In this document: in pieces, positions 10,136 to 19,314 of the stretch
Layout of the letters: each line of letters starts with the position of its first letter
How positions within the stretch are numbered: position 1 is the first letter of the stretch
Assembly (NCBI GenBank): GCA_021810145.1
Contig: JAJZJL010000003.1
Location: 7,218-71,217 of the forward strand
Reading direction: 5' to 3'
Origin: Planctomycetota bacterium
GTDB taxonomy: Bacteria; Planctomycetota; Phycisphaerae; WQYP01
DNA: 64,000 nt
Made by a program: the position numbers and the translations under genes
Notes under the pieces: generated by a model
The model's database searches: none
What the model was told of the DNA's origin: nothing
The model's input: only the letters and a program-made list of their open reading frames with translations

Positions 10136-12202
10136 TTATGCCAGGTGCATGGCGACCAGCGCCATATCAATAAGCTTGATCCCGATGAAGGGCACAATCA
10201 GGCCTCCGACACCATAAAGCAGAACATTCTGTAAAAGCAGCTTGCCGGCGGGCATCGGGCGATATTTCACACCGCGCAACGCCAGAGGAATCAGCACGAT
10301 AATAATCAGGGCATTGAAAATAACCGCCGACATAATGGCACTCTTGGGGGTGGCCAGGTGCATGATATTCAGCCGTCCCATGGCAGGATAGATGCCGACG
10401 AATATTGCCGGGATAATGGCAAAATATTTACTGACATCATTGGCGATGGAAAACGTGGTCAGGGAGCCACGGGTCATCAGAAGCTGCTTTCCGGTTTCAA
10501 TAACTTCGATGAGCTTGGTGGGGTTGGAATCCAGATCAACCATATTTCCGGCTTCTTTGGCGGCTTGCGTGCCGGAATTCATGGCCACGGCCACGTCGGC
10601 CTGGGCCAGTGCGGGGGCATCATTGGTGCCGTCACCGGTCATGGCAACCAGCCGCCCGCCCTGCTGATATTCACGAATGAGCTTGAGTTTGGTTTCGGGT
10701 GTGGCCTGTGCAAGAAAATCATCAACGCCCGCTTCAGCGGCGATGGCGGCGGCGGTCAACGGGTTGTCACCGGTGATCATCACGGTTTTTATGCCCATGC
10801 GGCGTAATTCCGCAAAGCGCTCTTTGATGCCGCCTTTTACAATATCTTTGAGTTCAATCACGCCCAATACGCTGGGGCCATCCGCCACCGCCAGAGGCGT
10901 ACCGCCGCGGCGCGAGATTTCATCCACCGCGGCCTTGACCGAATCAGGATAAACGCCGCCAAGCTCGGCGACATAAGCGGCAATGGCATCGGCGGCCCCC
11001 TTGCGGATTTTCCGCCCGTCACAATCCACACCGCTCATGCGGGTTTGGGCGGTAAATGGGATAAATTGCGCGTGCATGGAGCTTAATTCACGGCCCCGCA
11101 ACTTGTAGCGATCTTTGGCCAGCACAACAATGCTGCGGCCCTCGGGGGTTTCGTCCGCAAAGGATGATAACTGTGCCGCATCGGCGAGTTGTTCGACCGT
11201 TACGCCTTTGGCGGGGATAAAATTAACCGCCTGCCGGTTGCCTAAGGTGATCGTTCCGGTTTTATCCAACAACAACACATCCACATTACCGGCCGCTTCC
11301 ACGGCCCGGCCGGAGGTTGCAATAACATTTTTTTGAATCATGCGATCCATACCGGCAATGCCAATAGCCGACAACAGACCGCCGATGGTGGTGGGTATCA
11401 GGCACACCAGCAAAGCCACCAGCACTGTGACTGGAACGGGTACACCGCGACCGGCGGCATTGACGGCATAGATGGAAAATGGCAGCAGCGTGACGGTGGC
11501 CAGCAGAAAGATAATGGTCAGTTTGGCCAGCAGAATATTGAGGGCAATTTCATTGGGCGTTTTCTGACGTTTGGCCCCTTCCACCATGGCGATCATGCGA
11601 TCCAGAAACGTTTCTCCCGGATTGCATGCCACGCGGATCATCAGCCAGTCGGAAAGCACGCGCGTGCCGCCGGTAACGCTGGAACGATCACCCCCGGATT
11701 CTCGGATCACCGGGGCCGATTCACCGGTAATGGCGGATTCATCAACCGAGGCAATACCCTCAATAACCTCTCCGTCGGCGGCAATCAGATCGCCGGCTTG
11801 AGCCAGGATGATGTCCCCTTTGCGCAAGGTGGTGGCCGAGACACTTTGAACCCTGGCATCGCGATGTGCCTCGGCGAGCTTTCTGGCCGGTGTATCGCGC
11901 CGGGCTTTGCGCAGGGTATCGGCCTGAGCCTTGCCGCGGCCTTCGGCCATCGCTTCGGCAAAATTGGCGAACAATACGGTAAACCAGAGCCAGAGGCTGA
12001 TGGCAAGAATAAATCCGGGCGCGGCTTCGCCATGTGCGAAGAGAGCCTGAATAAATAAGCCGCTGGTGAGAATGCTGCCGATATAGACGACAAACATCAC
12101 GGGATTACGAAACTGAATTCGTGGATCAAGCTTTTTAAACGATTCAACGACAGCGCGCCGGGTAATAGCGCCGTTGAACAGAGATGTTGATTTTGCCGCC
12201 AT
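10136..12202 (-). CDS. kdpB: K+-transporting P-type ATPase subunit KdpB
   Basis: P-type motifs 'DKTGTIT', '[10 protein letters not shown]' and '[15 protein letters not shown]'. Length 688 aa. Confidence 0.95.
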   Translation of the reverse strand: MAAKSTSLFNGAITRRAVVESFKKLDPRIQFRNPVMFVVYIGSILTSGLFIQALFAHGEAAPGFILAISLWLWFTVLFANFAEAMAEGRGKAQADTLRKARRDTPARKLAEAHRDARVQSVSATTLRKGDIILAQAGDLIAADGEVIEGIASVDESAITGESAPVIRESGGDRSSVTGGTRVLSDWLMIRVACNPGETFLDRMIAMVEGAKRQKTPNEIALNILLAKLTIIFLLATVTLLPFSIYAVNAAGRGVPVPVTVLVALLVCLIPTTIGGLLSAIGIAGMDRMIQKNVIATSGRAVEAAGNVDVLLLDKTGTITLGNRQAVNFIPAKGVTVEQLADAAQLSSFADETPEGRSIVVLAKDRYKLRGRELSSMHAQFIPFTAQTRMSGVDCDGRKIRKGAADAIAAYVAELGGVYPDSVKAAVDEISRRGGTPLAVADGPSVLGVIELKDIVKGGIKERFAELRRMGIKTVMITGDNPLTAAAIAAEAGVDDFLAQATPETKLKLIREYQQGGRLVAMTGDGTNDAPALAQADVAVAMNSGTQAAKEAGNMVDLDSNPTKLIEVIETGKQLLMTRGSLTTFSIANDVSKYFAIIPAIFVGIYPAMGRLNIMHLATPKSAIMSAVIFNALIIIVLIPLALRGVKYRPMPAGKLLLQNVLLYGVGGLIVPFIGIKLIDMALVAMHLA

Positions 12203-12251
12203 GATGATTGCAACTCCGAAACAAGATCAAATAAGTTCAAAACCCGTCGGG

Positions 12252-14030
12252 TCAGTGCCACAAATGCAGATATTCCACAACGGGTCCCAACGCCAAAGCG
12301 GGCAGGAACGTCAAAGCGCCAATCAGCACCACCGTGGCGACAAGCCACCCGGTAAACAGCGCGTCATGCGTGGGAAGCGTTCCGCTGGAAACGGGAACCT
12401 GCTTTTTCCTGGCGAATGCACCCGCCAGGGCCAGGGTCGGCACAATGAGAAAATAGCGCGATACCCACATGAGAATACCACCGGCGATATTATAAAAAGG
12501 CGTATTGGTACTTAAGCCGGCAAAAGCGCTGCCGTTGTTGTTGCCGGTCGAGCTGGCCCAGTAGAGAATTTCTGAAAAGCCATGCGCTCCGGGATTAGCG
12601 ATGGCACTGGTGCCCATGACGGTGACGCAGGCAATGGCGGTTGTCACCAGCACCAGAGCCGGTGGCACCAGCACGCAAATGGTGGCCATTTTCATCTCGA
12701 ACGCTTCAATTTTTTTACCCAGATATTCCGGCGTGCGGCCAACCATCAGACCGGCGATAAACACGGCGACGATGACAAACATCAACATGCCGTAAAGGCC
12801 GGAACCAACTCCGCCGAAAATCACTTCGCCCAATTCCATTAACCACATGGGCACCAGACCACCCAGGGGGGTAAAGGAATCATGCATGGAATTGACAGAT
12901 CCATTGGATGCGGCAGTGGTAACGGCAGCCCAGATGGCGGAGTCCGTAACGCCGAAACGCGTTTCCTTCCCTTCCATATTGCCGCCGGACATCAAGGCTG
13001 ACGATTGCTGGTTTACGCCCAATGCCGCTATTTTTGGATTGCCGGAATGTTCAGCCCACACACAACCGATCATCAGCGGGACAAATATGATCAGCATGGC
13101 GGCTAAAATAGCCCAGCCCTGCCGCGTATCACCGACCATGCGGCCAAAGGTATAGCACAATGCGGCGGGAATCAGCAGAATTGCCAGAACTTCCAGAAAA
13201 TTACTCAACGGGTTGGGATTCTCAAATGGATGGGCGGAATTAACGCCAAAAAATCCACCGCCGTTCGTGCCTAATTGCTTGATGGCAATCTGTGAAGCCG
13301 CCGGGCCTAACGGCAGCACCTGATGTTTCACCCAAACGGTCTGATGCATCGTTTTGCCGGCCGCATTGGTGGTGGACTGGACGTAACTTACCGGTTGGAT
13401 AAGGGAAACTTGTTTATACGGCGAAAGCGTCTGAACCACACCCTGCGAGACGAGAATTAGCGCCAGCACAAATGACAGAGGCAGCAGGATATACAGCGTG
13501 CTGCGCACGAGATCCACCCAGAAATTTCCAATATGATCCGTCTGCCGGCCACGGATTCCACGAATCAGAGCCACGAGCACCGCCATGCCCGTGGCCGCCG
13601 ATACAAAGTTCTGCACGGTCAGACCCAGCATCTGCGTGAGGTAACTCAGGGTGGTTTCGCCGCTGTAGCTTTGCCAGTTGGTATTGCTGATAAAGCTGAT
13701 GGCGGTGTTCCATGCCAAGTCCGGCGAAACGGCGCCAAGGTGCTCGGGATTCAGCGGCAGAAATCCCTGCAGGCGTTGCAGAGCATATACAACCAGGCCG
13801 CCCAAGAGGTTAAACATGAGCACGGCAATGGCATAGGTTTTCCAATTCATCGGCTGATCCGGCTGAATGCCCGCCACCCGATAAGTCAGGCGCTCCAGGA
13901 AACCCAGTGGCTTATCCAGGCCGCATGGCTGGCCCTCGTAAACCCGGGCCATAAACGCCCCCAGCGGCTTGACCAGCGCCACAAGCACAACCAGAAAAGC
14001 AAGTATCTGAATCCACGCGTTGGGAGTCAT
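12252..14030 (-). CDS. kdpA: K+-transporting ATPase channel subunit KdpA
   Basis: 592-aa polytopic protein immediately upstream of kdpB. It has KdpA-type blocks 'NTNWQSYSGE' and 'LGTNGGGFFGVNSAHPFENP'. Confidence 0.95.
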   Translation of the reverse strand: MTPNAWIQILAFLVVLVALVKPLGAFMARVYEGQPCGLDKPLGFLERLTYRVAGIQPDQPMNWKTYAIAVLMFNLLGGLVVYALQRLQGFLPLNPEHLGAVSPDLAWNTAISFISNTNWQSYSGETTLSYLTQMLGLTVQNFVSAATGMAVLVALIRGIRGRQTDHIGNFWVDLVRSTLYILLPLSFVLALILVSQGVVQTLSPYKQVSLIQPVSYVQSTTNAAGKTMHQTVWVKHQVLPLGPAASQIAIKQLGTNGGGFFGVNSAHPFENPNPLSNFLEVLAILLIPAALCYTFGRMVGDTRQGWAILAAMLIIFVPLMIGCVWAEHSGNPKIAALGVNQQSSALMSGGNMEGKETRFGVTDSAIWAAVTTAASNGSVNSMHDSFTPLGGLVPMWLMELGEVIFGGVGSGLYGMLMFVIVAVFIAGLMVGRTPEYLGKKIEAFEMKMATICVLVPPALVLVTTAIACVTVMGTSAIANPGAHGFSEILYWASSTGNNNGSAFAGLSTNTPFYNIAGGILMWVSRYFLIVPTLALAGAFARKKQVPVSSGTLPTHDALFTGWLVATVVLIGALTFLPALALGPVVEYLHLWH

Positions 14031-14122
14031 TAAAATTTCTCCGGAAAGAGCATTGCAATAACCAGGTAAATCAAAATGGCACTCGCGAGCACCAGACCGA
14101 TCCAGTCCATGACACTCATCAT
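14030..14122 (-). CDS. kdpF: K+-transporting ATPase small subunit KdpF
   Basis: 30-aa single-TM peptide 'MMSVMDWIGLVLASAILIYLVIAMLFPEKF'. GGAG lies a few nt upstream of the ATG. Its stop overlaps the kdpA start as TAATG. The 74-aa track ORF is an upstream extension. Confidence 0.6.
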   Translation of the reverse strand: MMSVMDWIGLVLASAILIYLVIAMLFPEKF

Positions 14123-14273
14123 CGATCTCCTAAATATTCGCAGAGCTTTAAGAGAACCCAGGTTATTGCAGCCAGAACAACCATGGATCCGAGATATAAA
14201 GCATCCATCGTACCACTCCTTAATCCGCACGCACACGATGCGTGGTACATTCAAACAGTTTTATCCAAGGGCA

Positions 14274-14322
14274 TATCAGAATGCTGTAAAAATCAGAGCC
14301 GAAGATATAAATATTCTGTAAA
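14274..14322 (-). promoter_or_regulatory. candidate KdpE binding sites (two hexamer-N5-hexamer direct-repeat boxes) upstream of kdpF
   Basis: On the minus strand the boxes read TTTACA-gaata-TTTATA (14322..14306) and TTTACA-gcatt-CTGATA (14290..14274). They lie about 150-200 nt upstream of kdpF. The half-sites and 5-nt spacer match those of the E. coli KdpE operator (TTTATA-N5-TTTACA). Confidence 0.35.
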
Positions 14323-14619
14323 GATGGGTTGTGGCACCGGTTGGGGGCGAAGCGGCGGATACTTTCAGCCAATACATTCAATGTGCCGCTTTGCCCGGCC
14401 CGCATGCGGCTGTTAACGCCAGCGGAAGGCCGTTCTCCCGGCAGAGGCCGGCCGCGGTGCCCCAAAATGCGACTTGCAGGTGCTGCGAGCCGGCCAATTC
14501 CGGCGTAAGCGCCGCCGGTTCAGGGTTGCAGGCAGGATATTGATGTCCCGGACGTTCGTACCGCGGTTAGAATCCGGATCGGCCATTCAAGGGAGCTTAT
14601 CGGAATGAACACACGGCAT

Positions 14620-14856
14620 TCATCGCAGTGTGCGGACAATCTGAATCACGACAATGATAAGCATGACGACCACATAGATACGCAAGGCCCAGAGCAATAC
14701 TTTCAAGCCCGGCGAGAATTTACGCCGTCCAAAGCGGGTTCGCTGTTTGAATGCAACGAGTTGATCCTCTTCCAGCAGCGAGCGCACCACGTCCTGGTGC
14801 CGGGAAAGTTCCGTGCTTTTCACCTCCGGGTTATCCGGTTTGTTTTCAGCAGTCAT
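14620..14856 (-). CDS. hypothetical small membrane protein (C-terminal TM helix)
   Basis: 78 aa, starting 12 nt after the NRAMP gene stop, with AAGGA upstream of the ATG. It has a charged N-terminal half followed by 'VLLWALRIYVVVMLIIVVIQIV'. Confidence 0.4.
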   Translation of the reverse strand: MTAENKPDNPEVKSTELSRHQDVVRSLLEEDQLVAFKQRTRFGRRKFSPGLKVLLWALRIYVVVMLIIVVIQIVRTLR

Positions 14857-14868
14857 CGTCTTAAATCC

Positions 14869-16299
14869 TTATCCGATCAATTTCGGGAATACGGTTGTCA
14901 CACCGTAGCCCAGGCCGGCGATAATAAGCAGTACGGTTACGGTGATGCCGGCGATATTAAGCCATAAACCATTGACGCTGTCCCCCATTACCTCCCGGTC
15001 ATTAACCAGCAACAGAAGAAACAGCAGCGCGGGCGGCATGGCCAGTACCGCGATCACGTTTACAATCAGAACAATAAACTCCAGCGGCGCGTGCGGGATC
15101 AGAACAATGGCACCGGCAGCAACGGCGGAGCCAAGCAGCGTAAGATAGAAGGGCCAGGCCTCCTTGATGCCGCGATTCAGGCTGTGAGCCTGGTGCATGA
15201 CTTCACCAAAGGCATATCCGGACGATGTTGAAATACTGATGGCCGCCACCAGTCCCGCTTCAACGAGCCCCAATGCGAAGAGGCTCGAACCGAGTCTGCC
15301 GACATACGGCTCCAGCGCCTGCGCAAATTGCGCCCCCTTATAATTCTCGGTGCTTATTCCGTGGGAATACAAAGGCACAGTGGCCAGAACGACGGCAATC
15401 CCAAACATTGCCGCCAGCATCGTACCAATGGAGGTGTCCCAGCGGCCGAAGCTGACATCCCGCGGCTGCATACCTTTATCAGTAGTGGCCCCCTGCTGAA
15501 AAAACAACATCCAGGGTGTGACGGTGGCACCGATGTCGGCCATCATCAGCAGAATATTCTGTGAACCAAGCCCACCGGGCAAGGGCCCCCAGGTGATAAA
15601 CGCGTGTCCAACGGCTCGCCAGTCCGGGTGTGTCATAAGCGCCACAGGGATAAACAGGCCGTTAAACAAGGCCAAGCCCAGTAAGATGCGTTCCCAAGTC
15701 CAGTAGCGACGGGTCATGGTAACAGCCAGAATAAGCGCTATCGCCCCCCCTACCGCCACGAGTCCCGGTACTCCAAAGTAGCTCAGGCCGGCCCGGATGC
15801 CGATAAACTCGGTCACGAGGGTAAGGAAATTTCCAAGCATCAGATCGGCCATGGAAAAAAATCCCCAGAAAGGCCCGAAGCGATCAAATATCAATTCCGC
15901 ATGCCCCCGATGGGTTACCGAGCCGAGGCGGACGGTCATTTCCTGAACAATCCATGCCGCAAGAAATGTGACAAGAATAAAGGGAAGAAAAAACCCGATA
16001 CCGAATTGGGATCCGGTAGCGGCATAGGATAACATGCTCGGAGCGTCGTTTTCCCCGAGAAACACCAGCACCCCCGGTCCGGCAAGCAGCCACAGGAGGC
16101 GCATCCATCGCCAGGACTTAAGGGCCTGAACATTGCCTCGGGCCCTGGCCACAGCCAGGCGATCCCGGGCACGGGAAATATCTTCGCCGGTCAGCGGATC
16201 GGTTTCAGCAGAGCGCATGTCGAAACCAGTATCGCCGGCGTTGCGGGACACAGCGATATTGGAGGGCGTTGAAGGGGTGGTTCGATCACGTGTGTCCAT
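14869..16299 (-). CDS. NRAMP (SLC11) family cation transporter with non-canonical metal-site residues
   Basis: Polytopic and alignable to MntH. TM1 reads 'GPGVLVFLGENDAPSM' where MntH has '..DPGN..'. TM6 reads 'IGATVTPWMLFFQQ' where MntH has 'GATVMPH'. The track start 16374 is TTG; ATGs lie at 16299 and 16218, so the start is uncertain. Confidence 0.8.
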   Translation of the reverse strand: MDTRDRTTPSTPSNIAVSRNAGDTGFDMRSAETDPLTGEDISRARDRLAVARARGNVQALKSWRWMRLLWLLAGPGVLVFLGENDAPSMLSYAATGSQFGIGFFLPFILVTFLAAWIVQEMTVRLGSVTHRGHAELIFDRFGPFWGFFSMADLMLGNFLTLVTEFIGIRAGLSYFGVPGLVAVGGAIALILAVTMTRRYWTWERILLGLALFNGLFIPVALMTHPDWRAVGHAFITWGPLPGGLGSQNILLMMADIGATVTPWMLFFQQGATTDKGMQPRDVSFGRWDTSIGTMLAAMFGIAVVLATVPLYSHGISTENYKGAQFAQALEPYVGRLGSSLFALGLVEAGLVAAISISTSSGYAFGEVMHQAHSLNRGIKEAWPFYLTLLGSAVAAGAIVLIPHAPLEFIVLIVNVIAVLAMPPALLFLLLLVNDREVMGDSVNGLWLNIAGITVTVLLIIAGLGYGVTTVFPKLIG

Positions 16300-16418
16300 A
16301 AACTGAAAGTTCTTTCCAGCGTTTGGTGCGCTGCGAAAACCATGAATCTCCCGCGGCCGGCGGCGGCAATCCAATTCCGGAGCATTCTACGAAACCGCGA
16401 TGAGCATGTCAAGCAACG

Positions 16419-16455
16419 TTTTGAGTATTCATGTTATTTATTTTGATTACTCAAA
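16419..16455. promoter_or_regulatory. inverted repeat in the NRAMP / DtxR-regulator divergent intergenic region (candidate operator)
   Basis: TTTGAGTA (16420-16427) and TACTCAAA (16448-16455) are perfect reverse complements separated by a 20-nt AT-rich spacer. Confidence 0.25.
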
Positions 16456-16563
16456 GTACATGGTTTGGCTTATCGGTTTGCTTTTCACGGAGCTATCGGA
16501 GAATATATGGATCGTGCCTGAACCGGCAGGATGTGATAAACTGATAAACACGGAACCCAGAGC

Positions 16564-17280
16564 ATGGCCAGCAGAACCATTGAAAATTATCTCAAGCAGT
16601 TGTGGCTTGAACAGCAGGATACCCGGGGGAAATATGTCCCCATGGGAAAACTCGCCGCGCTGGTGGGTGTAACCGCCGGAACCGCCACAACCATGGTAAA
16701 AGCCATCGCCGATTCAGGCCTGGCCAAATATGCGCCACGGGCGGGCGTGCGGCTCACGAAAGCCGGAGAGCAACTGGCGCTGCACGTGCTGCGACGCCAC
16801 CGCCTACTGGAATTGTTTCTGGTCGAGGTTCTCGGCATTGACTGGTCGGATGCCCATGGCGAGGCCGAAGAACTCGAACATGTTATTTCCGAAACGGTTC
16901 TGGCACGCATCGATTCGTTATTGGGTCATCCGTCGGTGGATCCGCATGGAGATCCGATTCCTTCGTCCGCCGGAAAATTTGAAACTCTGGAATTATGCAG
17001 TCTGGCGGAATTGAATACCGGCAATGCGACGGTCATTGAGCGGATTGTGGATCAAAGTTCGGAGTTTTTGCGATTCGCCCAATCCAGCGGACTGGTGCCC
17101 CGGGCGCAGGTTGTCATTGAGCATACCAATCCGCAGGCCGGCGCCATTTCAGCAAGGCCGGCAGGAAAAGAGCCGGTGATGCTGTCCATGGTGGCGGCGG
17201 CGAAATTTCTGGTGCGCCCGTGTAATGCAAGGAGAGGAAAACGGCGCAACAGGCGGCCCGTTCCACCTGTGTCGCCCTGA
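16564..17280 (+). CDS. DtxR/IdeR/MntR-family metal-dependent transcriptional repressor with C-terminal SH3-like (FeoA-type) domain
   Basis: Family blocks 'IENYLKQLW', wHTH 'LAALVGVTAGTATTMVKAI', dimerisation/metal-site block 'RRHRLLELFLVEVLGIDWSDAHGEAEELEHVIS' and 'HPSVDPHGDPIP'. It is divergent from the NRAMP gene. Confidence 0.85.
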   Translation: MASRTIENYLKQLWLEQQDTRGKYVPMGKLAALVGVTAGTATTMVKAIADSGLAKYAPRAGVRLTKAGEQLALHVLRRHRLLELFLVEVLGIDWSDAHGEAEELEHVISETVLARIDSLLGHPSVDPHGDPIPSSAGKFETLELCSLAELNTGNATVIERIVDQSSEFLRFAQSSGLVPRAQVVIEHTNPQAGAISARPAGKEPVMLSMVAAAKFLVRPCNARRGKRRNRRPVPPVSP

Positions 17281-17338
17281 CTGATTCCAGCGTGGCGTAG
17301 TCCGCGAGACTCTGCCATTGCCATGAGGCATTCGGACA

Positions 17339-18313
17339 TTATTTCTGTGTAATGGACGGCCGATACAAGCTGGTACTGAACGCTTTTTTATATTCCGTCC
17401 ACGTGGAATCTTCGGTTGGGGCCGCGACGGCATCAAGTGCCATTTGTGTTTTGGCATCCAGATTGTCAATGAGATTAACGAGAATAGCTTCGGGCGTTTT
17501 CGGCAGAACCGCGGCGCCAAATTCCGGCAGGCCATGGTGCGAAAGAATAATATGCTGCAGAACCATCACCAGGTCCTGCCGCAACGGGCGGCCCTGTTTT
17601 TCTGAAATAACCGCCGCCCGCTGATGAATCCAAAGGGTTCCCAGCGCAACATGCCCGACAAGTTTCCCCATATCGGTGTAATCAAAGGTAAATTCATACG
17701 ACAGTTCGGCTGTTTTACCGATATCATGGAGAAACAATCCGGCAAAGACCAGATCCCGGTCGATGTCCGGATAACGCGGGCAGATCACCACGGCAAGTTC
17801 CAGCAGGCTCAGGGTATGTTCCAGCAGACCGCCAAGCCACGCGTGGTGCATGCTCTGCGCGGCCGGAGCAAGGCTGAATCGCGTCATGAATTCTTTATCA
17901 TCAAGGAATGACTGCACCAGCGCGATAAGATCCTGATCCTGAATGCCGGATAATATCTCCCGAAGTCTGGCCACCATGGCGGGGATATTTTTCTGGGTTT
18001 TTTTTATGAAGTGACCAAGGTCCAGCTTATTGGCATCAAAGACGGGCGCGATATTCTCCGCCACGAGTTGCAGATGTCCCTGATAATTTTCCACCCGCCC
18101 GCGGACATGAACGAAACCTTTCGCCGGCAGTTTTTCATACACATCTTTGGAGATATTCCACATGCGGCAATGCACCTCGCCCGTGGCATCGGCGCAAGTA
18201 GCTTTCAGGTACAACTTGTTGCTGACGGTATTACCCATTTGCTTGCCGGAGATCAGAAAGGGCTGATCAATGACATCTCCCTCACGCATTTGTGCTACAC
18301 CAATTCTGGCCAT
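17339..18313 (-). CDS. OB-fold + HD-domain phosphohydrolase, YhaM-like 3'-5' exoribonuclease family
   Basis: N-terminal OB-like region ('LYLKATCADATGEVHCRMWNI') followed by HD-domain motifs 'HHAWLGGLLEHTLS' and 'GLFLHDIGK'. Confidence 0.6.
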   Translation of the reverse strand: MARIGVAQMREGDVIDQPFLISGKQMGNTVSNKLYLKATCADATGEVHCRMWNISKDVYEKLPAKGFVHVRGRVENYQGHLQLVAENIAPVFDANKLDLGHFIKKTQKNIPAMVARLREILSGIQDQDLIALVQSFLDDKEFMTRFSLAPAAQSMHHAWLGGLLEHTLSLLELAVVICPRYPDIDRDLVFAGLFLHDIGKTAELSYEFTFDYTDMGKLVGHVALGTLWIHQRAAVISEKQGRPLRQDLVMVLQHIILSHHGLPEFGAAVLPKTPEAILVNLIDNLDAKTQMALDAVAAPTEDSTWTEYKKAFSTSLYRPSITQK

Positions 18314-18518
18314 ATTATTTTCAACTCCTGCGGAACAAATCCATCAACACAAGCAAGAAGGTAAGCGATTTAGGGTTCATAGACAACTCGGATGGATCGC
18401 AAAAATTAAAATACCACTTGCCTTTCGCGAAAATCCGCGCTACAAAATCTATGGGTTGAAGGAAAGACGTTCTGCGGCCTGGCGTTACAGGCCGCGTGTT
18501 TAATCCGGAGACGTCATC

Positions 18519-19172
18519 ATGATTGTTCGCAAGATGGGTATTTCTGCCACAATGGCATTGTTACTGGTGCTGCCGGTTCTCAACGGATGTTCTCATCTGC
18601 CGTATCAGAGCGCTGCAAAGATCAGCGGGCACTCGATAAATGTGCAGAAAAACACGTTAAAAGTCGCGGGGCGTGTTGATAAGACCATGGCGGAATTAGA
18701 CACCTTAATTAACAAACCATCGGGTTCACTGGGAGCCGATTACAAAACCTTCAGCCACAGATTAGGCTCGCTGAAAAGCGGTTTTTCCGATCTGAAAGAC
18801 GCCATAAGCACGGTCAGCAGCAATCAGGGAAAATATATGGCCGAATGGGAAAAGCAGATACAGAGCATCAGCAACTCGGATATTCAGGCTGCCGCAAAAG
18901 CCAATTACTCCGATGCTCAGAAGGACTTCTCGCACTTTACCCGCCGGGCGAAAACCACCGAAGCGTCCGGCTCACGCTTCATCGACTATCTTGTTAACAT
19001 GAAAAGGTATCTTTCCAACGATTTAAGCACCCGAGGTATTCAGGGCGCATCGGGGCTGCTTGGCAAGGCAAAATCGCGGGCGGCCACATTTAAGCATGAC
19101 TTGGGCAAGCTCGGCGAGGATGCCGGCAGACTTTCCAATGATCTCAAGCCGGCGGCAGGATCCGCCAAATAA
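18519..19172 (+). CDS. hypothetical lipoprotein (helical/coiled-coil)
   Basis: Signal peptide with lipobox 'VLNGC' and GGAG upstream of the ATG. No family was assigned by eye. Confidence 0.5.
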   Translation: MIVRKMGISATMALLLVLPVLNGCSHLPYQSAAKISGHSINVQKNTLKVAGRVDKTMAELDTLINKPSGSLGADYKTFSHRLGSLKSGFSDLKDAISTVSSNQGKYMAEWEKQIQSISNSDIQAAAKANYSDAQKDFSHFTRRAKTTEASGSRFIDYLVNMKRYLSNDLSTRGIQGASGLLGKAKSRAATFKHDLGKLGEDAGRLSNDLKPAAGSAK

Positions 19173-19314
19173 GGTGGATATTCATGGGGGCTGTGTTGCA
19201 ACAAAGCGGCGGCTGAAACGGCGACTGCGCAGCGGACCTACTGGCCTTGATTTGCTGCGCGGTCGGATCGAGTTATTCGCGGTTTTGCCGCCTGTTTGCG
19301 GCATTATGGAGCGG

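Noticed and set aside
10358-14033. Multiple 100-240-aa plus-strand ORFs across kdpA and kdpB
   Set aside because: They are all antisense to the Kdp genes, and their Gly/His/Arg-rich translations are typical of reverse-frame artefacts.
14123-14620. Possible c-di-AMP (ydaO-type) riboswitch in the kdp leader
   Set aside because: I reverse-complemented the leader and read it through. I could not find the paired 'ACGGGGA...CCCA' pseudo-symmetric core elements. The only clear hairpin (CCGGCG-ctta-CGCCGG near 14505-14520) is more simply a terminator for the upstream small ORF. A covariance-model scan would be the decisive test.
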